A stretch of DNA of 64,000 bases, from positions 3,534,001-3,598,000 of the forward strand of contig OZ024746.1 in assembly GCA_964016885.1 (NCBI GenBank), read 5' to 3'. Shown one piece after another: positions 54,001 to 64,000 of the stretch. Below the pieces are notes generated by a model. The model did no database searches. It was not told the DNA's origin and was given only the letters and a program-made list of their open reading frames with translations. The position numbers were made by a program, and so were the translations under genes. This DNA comes from Eledone cirrhosa (Eukaryota). Each line of letters opens with the position of its first letter. The stretch's first letter is position 1.

Positions 54001-55899
54001 TGATAACACCTTCACAATCTGTTGTAGAACAAAGATCTAAAACGACAAACACAAGAGGATTGGGAGACAACACTGCAAACAAAGAAAACACTACAAGCTA
54101 TCAAATGCCTTATTATTTGTACGGTACAGTAAACAGTGGATATTAAGATTCATTTGTATCACATATACCTGGAAATGTCATACTTTGTGGGTGGAAAGCA
54201 ACAAATGTACGTCATAGTAAATGATTTCTAATGTAGGCACATGACCAATAATTTGTGTGGAGGGGAAGTCTATTACATCAACCCCAGTTCTTTACTTTTA
54301 CTTTATTTTATCAAACCAATAAATACACTCCCACTCAACGTTTACACATAATATTTATGTATTATGTAAATGTATAAAAATATATGAGATGAAACCTATT
54401 ATGTAATTATGTACACACACACGCACACACATATATATATATATATGTGAAGACGTTTGGGTGATTGGTTAGAGAGAATTGGATTCGCAATCGTGAGGTT
54501 GTGAGTTCGATTCCTGGACCGGGCGATGCGTTATGTCCTTGAGCAAGACACTTTATTTCACGTTGATCCTTCTACCTGGAGTTGCGACCGATAGATAGTA
54601 TTAGCAATTGGAAAGACCAATGGAAACATTGTTTCCTCGGTCCGATTTAATGAAAGTCGATCGACAAAATAAAAAAAATATATATATATATACACATATA
54701 CACAAATATGCACAACACACACAGAGCTATATATGATAGATGATTCACCGTATTCAACGAAGATGGTTTAGTTAGTCAACTTCGTATGCTATGCATGCTC
54801 TCAAGCTTTCTCACTGTTTTAGTCCAAGTATCAAGGCGGCCTCTAGTCTACATTCTAGTAGATTAGAAAGCAACAGTTTGATAGATGAAGTAATACAATA
54901 TAATAGATTGCTTTAATAAAATGAACGTATCAAGGTCGAGTTTTGAATGTAAGCTCTATTTTCAACTCAGTAGTGACTTTGATTAATTGGAACTTGGAAT
55001 GTAGACTGCTTAACCCGCGATCGTGTGTTTATGTGAAGTGGACCTCCGTCTATTCAGACGACGAGTATTCCAATTGATTTCATCAACAGAAACGTAGTTG
55101 ATCATTCCGTTGAAATGTCGACACATAACGTAGTTCTCAGCAAGACTCAGCTTGACATATTTGCTCCAGCCTGGGCTGCCCAGAGTTCAACATGTACAGT
55201 CGGTCTCTGTTTACCACCATATCAGCGATAGCGACATCAGTTCCATTTTAATAACAGAATCAACTAATCCCAGCAGTTATAAGGGTTTCTGCTTTAGGCA
55301 CAAGGCCAACAATTTGAGGGAAGAGGAAAGTCGACTAAATCGACTCCAGTGTGTGACTGGTACTTTATTTTATCGACGCCGTAAGAATGAAAGGTAAAGC
55401 TAACCTCGGCGTGATTTGAATAATAGTTAGTTACAAGTGGTAAGACACCCTCGGGAGAGCTGGGCAGCAGAAGGTCTTCAGAGAAGAAACCCCACTCAAG
55501 CGAGTGTTTCAGCTCCTAACTTCTTACAATGTAAGGGGGCCGGGCTGCGTCCAAGTCATGGCACCTGGGTGTCCTTCTGCTGACATTTAGCCGTATGGAT
55601 ATCGGAGACTGTCTATTTAAACCGTATGGAGGTTAGTATTAACAAGAACAAAATCATAATAACTATAACAATCCCGCCGAGGTTAACTTTGCCTTTCATC
55701 CTTACGGGGTCGATAAAATAAAGTACCAGTAACGCACTGGGATAATTGCTGGCCTTGTGCCAAAAGTAGAAACAAATATATCAATAATGAGGCTAATAAT
55801 AAGACCGATAGAATGATGTGACAGTAAGTCAATGTAAAGCTAAGATGAAGTTAAACTAGTTGTAGTGATTAAAGACTCTTATGGCTTTACTTCCGGCTT

Positions 55900-56215
55900 C
55901 TTAAATCTCTGTCATGTGTGAGTTGCAATGAGGATCTAAAGAAAATAATCTTCGGAATGGAAAAAAGAATAGATAGAAGAATAGGCTGTGGAAATGTATG
56001 GTATTTAGGAGAATATTGAGGTTATCAAAGGAATGTGTTGCGTTTTCAATCTAAATATATATAGACTGAACATTTACAGACTAAAGAGTTTATTCTAAAA
56101 AGATTTATTCTAAGTGCGGCGCTTAAACAATATTTAGAATGCTGGAGGAAATATATTTAAAGAGGGGCTTTGGGTGTACATGTGAAAGCATGTATAGGTA
56201 GGAGAAGTGGTCGGT
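55900..56215 (-). mobile_element. Possible highly decayed PLE coding remnant
   Basis: Minus-strand peptide SYLYMLSHVHPKPLFKYISSSIL resembles the YL..S.HP motif C-terminal to PLE reverse transcriptases; many stops. Confidence 0.25.
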
Positions 56216-56798
56216 TGTGGAAACGTTGCGTGAACCAGAGGGAGTAGGTAAAATATAAACTGTAAATTTAAAAGATAAAATGCAGAAATAAAATAAAGAT
56301 AAAAAGGGGTAAAATAAGGGGTAAAGATGTAATTAAAAGATGTGAGATAAGGTAAGTGTGGACACAAAAAATGTAGGTATAAAAAAATAAGAATAACAAT
56401 TAAATATAATAAAAAATGAAAAAAATCAAATCAAAGATAAGATAAAAGTAAAATCAAAATTAATACAAAAATAAAACTAAAAATCAAATAAAATAGAATG
56501 AACGTAGAGGTTTATTATAAGGTAATTCACAGAAGTCTTAAAAGTTAAACCATTCCTTTAATAACGCCCAAATCCCATAAAAAACATTTTATAACATTCA
56601 AAAGGCATTTTATAAAACTTATTGCCCCTCCATCCTGGGTAACATAAAAAGATTACCTATTAAAAATGTGACCCGCTAAAAAACCTCAAAATGGAACACT
56701 CTCTTCAGAAAAATAACCCTCTTTCAACAAAAAAAATTATGATAATGCTTATGAAAAATATATAATTTATAATTAATAATCTAAAGTTACCTCTAGAC

Positions 56799-57247
56799 CA
56801 GAGATGGGGAACTTGGGATCTTAAGGTCGCATGTGGCCTTCTATGCCATTCTGTGCGGCCTTTTGAAAGAATAAATAATTTACAGCAAATCTTTGATTTT
56901 TATTAATATGTTTTTGTCTATATCTTATTATTTTAATTTAAACCATAAGAGTAAAAGAAAACCCAACAGAATAATCCACACTGACAGAATTAAACAATTA
57001 GTAGGATCTCAATACTGCAACCAAATATTAAAATACTTTCCTACAGCAGTCACAACAAAGTCATTTAAAGGTAGTTAGCTTTAAAGTTAATTTTTCTCGT
57101 TTTTTAGATAATTAGTAGATAGTAATTAAAATTTTTCAAAATGATGTAAATTTTAAGAATATATAATTATGGTTTCTTCAATGTGGCCATATTATATTAC
57201 AAGTAACTTAATGTGGCCTTTCAAGATGTAAAGGTTCCCCACTTCTG
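56799..57247. mobile_element. hAT (Charlie-like) MITE, 449 bp, intact ends
   Basis: 8-bp TSD CTCTAGAC (56791-56798, 57248-57255); TIRs CAGAGATGGGGAAC / GTTCCCCACTTCTG. Confidence 0.9.
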
Positions 57248-59137
57248 CTCTAGACATTTCGATGAATCTCTACCCTGTCTATAAGGGTCTTACATGTACA
57301 AAGAAATGCAGCACACCCGACACTGTACACACAGTACCAATCATATAATACCAGTGTTAAAGTATGTCAGTGTCACCGTATGGTTCACTTATGTAATAAT
57401 GTGTGTATGTATATGTGTAACGTGACATCAGCACCACACCACTCAGTCTAGACACTCAGTCAGGACACTCCTCCGCAACCCAACGAAATAGGGTCTCCCA
57501 GAGCCATGATGTATAGCTAAAGTATTAACTGAATGTTTAGCTGAGACATAATATATTGATGTAGTAAACTTTATGGAAGACTAAACGTACAGATTAAAAT
57601 TTATTAGAGATAAAATGTAACTTGTAGTGACTAAACAATATTTAATTGACTCATAAAACTTAATATTAGACTCTACAATATTTATATTAGACTATATTAG
57701 TTAATATTAGACTCTACAATAACATTATAGGAATATAATCGAATATATTCCAAGGTATGATCGAGCTGGCAGCTCTGTCCATAGATACGAAGTGGTACAG
57801 AACTTCGGAACAATCATCTGGGGTATGTCTATCCAGATTGAGAAGAACATGTCATCTTCTGTACCCAAAACACAAGGTGAGGGCCAGTGTCATCACTAAA
57901 ATCCTTTACAGCAACCTTCGTGTTGTATTATCCCTAATATTAACACATCAACTCAACCAGGTTTCTTTTTCCATGGTTTTGAATATTACACATATAGTTC
58001 CATCTTCAGTCAACAAGAATGTGTAATGCCTCACATCGACCAGGTCTACATGATATTGCTCTTTCAGGGACATGGTAAACTTCTTTCTATCTTTTGCCCC
58101 ATGATGGGGCAAAGCACCGGAATTGTTCTATGGACTCTGAGACCGCAGAGAAAAACTATTTTCTTTTTTCATGCCGTCTGATGATAAAGGACTAAGGTAT
58201 GGCTACGGCTTCCTTTATCCCCCACACCTGCTAAACAGACTTTTTCTCCGCCAGGTAATTCATACCTAAGCGCCACCTGTTTCAGCTAGATCCAACGAAA
58301 GAAGAGAGGCAGAAAACACTTTCTCTGTTTCTCTATTTCAGCTTTCTCTCTTCATTCTTTCATTTAAATTGGTCAAAATTATGTTTTCTGTCAGAAAGTC
58401 GTTATTTGTATCTTATTGTGAAATGTATGTATTTTGCTGAGGAAATGAATTAGTTATTTTCTCGTGTCTACTGCCTGTAAAACATGATTGCTTTCGATTT
58501 TGATCGATTTTGATCGTCTTTATTTTCTATCAATTTTAACTGCTGTAGCTAATTTAGTTGCTTACCAGTTGTAGAAAAGAAGAATTTCTTCTTCGGAAAT
58601 TAAAGTCATTTTTTAAAATGCCAAACAGGGGAAAAAAATGTAAACAATTATATTCCTAGCTCATTATTTAGAAGATGAGGGTGGTGGATTGGCAGTATCG
58701 GTAGAGAGTCGGACGCCATGCTTTCCAGCATAGTTACGTCCCTTTACGATCTGAGTTCAAATCCCGCCGAGGTTGACTTTGCCTTTCATCCTTACGGGGT
58801 CGATAAAATAAAGTACCAGTAATGCACTGGGTCATTGCTGGCCTTGTGCCTAAAGTAGAAACAATTATTTAGAAGATGTGTGGTGGATTGGCAGTATCGG
58901 TAGAGGGGCGAACGCCATGCTTTGAAGCATAGAGTTACCTCCCTTTATGATCTGAGTTCAAATCCCGCCGTGGTTAACATCCTTACGGGGTCGATAAAAT
59001 AAAGTACCAGTAATGCACTGAGATAATTGCTGGCCTTGTGCCAAAAGTAGAAACAATTATTTAGATGTTCTGTATTAAAAATGTTTTCCACGAAATTTTA
59101 CCAAAATTAATCCATGATATAGGAAAGGGAAACACCG

Positions 59138-59305
59138 CAACAACAACAACATCTAAACATCGTCAACAACAACAACAACAACATCTAAACATCGTCAACA
59201 ACAACAACAACAACAACATCTAAACATCGTCAACAACAACAACAACAACATCTAAACATCGTCAACAACAACAACAACAACATCTAAACATCGTCAACAA
59301 CAACA
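59138..59305. repeat. ~30-bp minisatellite (CAA)nCATCTAAACATCGT, 5 copies
   Basis: Direct tandem units. Confidence 0.9.
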
Positions 59306-60370
59306 ATAATAATAACTGTTTCTATTTTAGGCACAAGGCCAGCAATTACCCAGTGCATTACTGGTACTTTATTTTATCGACCCCGTAAGGATGAAGGCAA
59401 AGCTCACCATTTGAACATAGGGTGTTAAAGGGCCGTAACTCGATGCCGTAAAACATTTTGTCCGACGCTCTACCAATCCACTGCCCTGGAATAAAATAAC
59501 TGCTACTTAATTTGATCGACCTCGGATATGAGTTCAGAAGTTAAAGGGTCAGGATGAAATACCGCAAGGTATTTCGTCCGACACGCTAATGGCAGTCAAC
59601 ACATCACAAATATAATTGTTTCTACTTTAGGCACAAGGCTAGCAATTATCCCAGTGTATTACTGGTACTTTATTTTATCGACCCCGTAAGGATGAAAAGC
59701 AAAGTCAACCTCGGCGGGATTTGAACTCAGATCGTAAAGGGACGTAACTATGCTACAATGCATGGTGTCCGACCCTCTACCGATACTGCCAATCCACCGC
59801 CCCCAATAATAATAATGGCTAAATGACGTGGGAAGTAAAGGTTGAGATATTCACAAACTCTCAAAGGTTTAGAAGATGTAATTAGCATTAATTTAGCTCA
59901 TCAATCAGATAATAATAACAACAGGAGCGTAGTAGCAGACACCAGTTAGTAGAAGAGGAACAACAAGAAGTAAAACAACATACTATTTATATATCTCACA
60001 TATACACCCCTCCCCAAAAATTACATATGGAGAGGAACATTAAAATAAATATGGATGAACCGTGTTTATATATATTCAGTTCATGCAAATATACGCAAAA
60101 ATAACAAAAAAAAAAAACGGTTGTGTTGTTTTAGTGGAGAAAAAGAAATTTACAATTAACAAGGGTTTACTTGTAGGCTTCTTCTGCCTGTTAGCACTCG
60201 TCAAACGAGAAAGACGCCTCACTGTATGTCATGAATCACATTTATATATAAACAGGGAAATAACATGGAAGATTTCGGCTGACATGTTGCTTGATTCACA
60301 TGAATTGGCGTTTATAAGTAAATTATGCGAGTAAAATACGTTATATATAAGAGGGGTTGTTGAACAGTTC

Positions 60371-61998
60371 CTGGTTGACCATACATGTGCTACATTCTAC
60401 ATGTCTGGTCAACCATACATGTGCTACATTCTACATGCCTGGTTGACCATACATGTGCTACATTCTACATGTCTGGTCAACCATACATGTGCTACATTCT
60501 ACATGTCTGGTCAACCATACATGTGCTACATTCTACATGCCTGGTTGACCATACATGTGCTACATTCTACATGTCTGGTCAACCATACATGTGCTACATT
60601 CTACATGTCTGGTAGACCATACATGTGCTACATTCTACATGTCTGGTTGACCATACATGTGCTACATTCTACATGTCTGGTAGACCATACATGTGCTACA
60701 TTCTACATGTCTGGTCAACCATACATGTGCTACATTCTACATGTCTGGTAGACCATACATGTGCTACATTCTACATGTCTGGTAGACCATACATGTGCTA
60801 CATTCTACATGTCTGGTAGACCATACATGTGCTACATTCTACATGTCTGGTGGACCATACATGTGCTACATTCTACATGTCTGGTCAACCATACATGTGC
60901 TACATTCTACATGTCTGGTAGACCATACATGTGCTACATTCTACATGTCTGGTGGACCATACATGTGCTACATTCTACATGTCTGGTAGACCATACATGT
61001 GCTACATTCTACATGTCTGGTAGACCATACATGTGCTACATTCTACATGTCTGGTGGACCATACATGTGCTACATTCTACATGTCTGGTGGACCATACAT
61101 GTGCTACATTCTACATGTCTGGTCAACCATACATGTGCTACATTCTACATGTCTGGTAGACCATACATGTGCTACATTCTACATGTCTGGTGGACCATAC
61201 ATGTGCTACATTCTACATGTCTGGTAGACCATACATGTGCTACATTCTACATGTCTGGTGGACCATACATGTGCTACATTCTACATGTCTGGTCAACCAT
61301 ACATGTGCTACATTCTACATGTCTGGTGGACCATACATGTGCTACATTCTACATGTCTGGTAGACCATACATGTGCTACATTCTACATGCCCGGTTGACC
61401 ATACATGTGCTACATTCTACATGTCTGGTAGACCATACATGTGCTACATTCTACATGTCTGGTGGACCATACATGTGCTACATTCTACATGTCTGGTAGA
61501 CCATACATGTGCTACATTCTACATGTCTGGTCAACCATACATGTGCTACATTCTACATGTCTGGTAGACCATACATGTGCTACATTCTACATGTCTGGTG
61601 GACCATACATGTGCTACATTCTACATGTCTGGTTGACCATACATGTGCTACATTCTACATGTCTGGTTGACCATACATGTGCTACATTCTACATGCCTGG
61701 TTGACCATACATGTGCTACATTCTACATGTCTGGTTGACCATACATGTGCTACATTCTACATGTCTGGTGGACCATACATGTGCTACATTCTACATGTCT
61801 GGTGGACCATACATGTGCTACATTCTACATGTCTGGTGGACCATACATGTGCTACATTCTACATGTCTGGTGGACCATACATGTGCTACATTCTACATGT
61901 CTGGTGGACCATACATGTGCTACATTCTACATGTCTGGTGGACCATACATGTGCTACATTCTACATGTCTGGTGGACCATACATGTGCTACATTCTAC
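60371..61998. repeat. 34-bp satellite CTGGTNNACCATACATGTGCTACATTCTACATGT, ~48 copies
   Basis: Exact 34-nt period (the last unit starts at 61969 = 60371+47x34). Confidence 0.97.
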
Positions 61999-64000
61999 GT
62001 GCTTGAAACTCTAACTTTCAATGGAGTCAACTGATTCTTAAATATATATATGTTCTACACCATGTATTGAGTACTCTTTTCTTTCATTTGTAAACACACA
62101 AACATATACATATAAATATACATACATACATTCATTCATATATACATACATATATACATACACACAGACACAGACACATACTTACATATATACATACACG
62201 CAGACACACGCACACACAATACATATATACATATATACATACATACATATTTTTTGAGAGTCATTTGTATCCATTTTTCCAATAAATCTAGAAAATATAT
62301 AAAGTAGGAGCCATGAAGTCTGTCTAACAAATATTAATCAATTATATGAGAGCTATTAATGTCTTTAGGGATACCTTTTGGTGTTTTTATTGACATAATG
62401 TCATATAAGAACTTGTAATGTTGCCTAATTATACCCAACTCGAACAGACAGAATTTAGGGAAGTTACACTATCTTACAGCAATCTACATTGACATTTGTA
62501 ACAAGGCACGACCATGTGGTTATGAAATTTGCTTCTTAATAGTGTGATCCTGAATTCGTTTCCATCTCGTGGCACCTTAGAGTCAGTTCAAAGAAAAGAT
62601 AGACGAGGAGTAAGGTGATATACCCCTGTTTTCCCCCCAAATGATAGAGGTTGTATGCTCTATCGACCAGGACAAGTCTGTGTCTGGTCTTTAAGACCCA
62701 CAATCCAACATTACATTGATACAGGTAGAATTGGTGATCTGCTTGTCTGTCCATAATATATTGGTTTCAGGAATACGAGGCTTATGACTAGTGACATGTG
62801 ATAAGAGCGTAGGAGACACAATAACATGTAGGTTGGGTCTTCATGAACCTCTAAGTCTTGAAGATTTTCTATAACCATGAGGTTATCTCGGAGCTCTAAA
62901 CTATCGTGAGAGGAAAGGGATACTGGCGGTGTGGAACAGAAGGTTTAGTTGTTGTTGTTTTGCTGTTCAATCTAGTACTGGAATGGAGGTTTTGTGTCTA
63001 TGTAAAAAAATATCACAAGGACAGAGTGCCAAACAAAATACCTTGCATCATATGTCCTGAACTTTATGTTCTGGGCTTAAATCCCCCTGAGGTCGATTTT
63101 GCTTTTTATTCTTCCTAGATCGATAAAATAGTTAGATGTAAAGTATCGGGATCGATATATTCGACATTTCCCTTCCCACAAGATTTCTGGCTTTGTATCT
63201 CTATGTAAATAATCAATATTATTAAGTATTGTGGAGGGCGGTAGATTGGCAGTATCGTAGAGGGTCGGACGCCATGCTTTTCAGCATAGAGTTACCTCCT
63301 TTTATGGTTTGAGTTCAAATCCAGACGAGGTTAACTTTGCTTTTCATCCTTACAGGGTCGATAAAATAAAGAACCATAATTGCTGACCTTGTGCTAAAAG
63401 TAGAAACAATTATTAAGTATTGTGAGGGAGATGGATTGGCAGTTACTGGATTGTGGTGCCCCAGCATGGCCACAGTCTAATGACCGAAACCAATAAAGAA
63501 ATAACAGATAATCTAATATAATAATTATAATGATTAGAAGTATAAACATTGTTTGAGGTTCTAGATCTAATCATTTATAATTATTATAATGTCACAATGC
63601 TTTCAAAAAACTGACCGAAACTCCTTTCACAATCCATTATCTAAAACTCTCGAGAATCTTCCCAGACAAGGAAACTGTATTCGTGTCAGTCAGAAAAAAT
63701 AAATTTTCAGGAAACACATGGTTGGAAAAGTTGTTCTCTTTCATAAGTAGACGAAGTCATTCAAATAGTTCTGTTTCCTGAGCCGTGTAAGATATTTACA
63801 ATGTACATACTGTGTATGAGAACATGAGAACTAGGAGCGGAATTATGTAATCTTCTATGTATACATGTATGTATGTATCTATCGTGATGGGGTCGTATGG
63901 GTGCCATGGTGACGTACGGTGTATTGGGAATTTTAACTCTGTCGAAGTCCAATCTTTCCCCAGGTCTGAACACAGTCAATTTTGTTATCGAGAGAGAGGG

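Noticed and set aside
60371-61998. CRISPR-like regular array with 34-bp repeats
   Set aside because: No unique spacers and no cas genes; eukaryotic context. It is a head-to-tail satellite, as is 1-1022.
60365-62033. Idea that the satellite expanded inside a hammerhead (CAGTT left of the array pairing with AACTG on the right)
   Set aside because: No intact CTGANGA; the left flank is explained as well by similarity to the mariner-like terminus at 28170-28197.

Overview
AT-rich, microsatellite- and SINE-dense animal genomic DNA; the repeat content suggests an octopod cephalopod, which is an inference. (1) One spliced gene runs on the minus strand. Five coding exons (42970-42895, 40872-40258, 34434-34180, 32273-30783, 16511-16371) join in frame through GT-AG phase-1 introns. 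They encode signal peptide - 2 cadherin-like repeats - FN3 - 14 EGF repeats (859 codons so far); no further exon was found, so the gene probably continues past the left edge. (2) The non-coding DNA holds a dispersed set of minimal type I hammerhead ribozyme (HHR) motifs from at least five sequence families. Most sit next to (TA)n tracts and several lie in fold-back inverted repeats that place a ribozyme on both strands. This fits remnants of Penelope-like element (PLE) pseudo-LTRs or related non-autonomous elements. (3) The rest is two tRNA-derived SINE families, LINE remnants (RTE, CR1-like, R4-like, CRE-like), hAT/piggyBac/Tc1-mariner MITEs and satellites. One satellite visibly derives from the interior of a hAT MITE. 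Most ORFs in the supplied track are microsatellite artefacts. All alignments and folds were done by eye.
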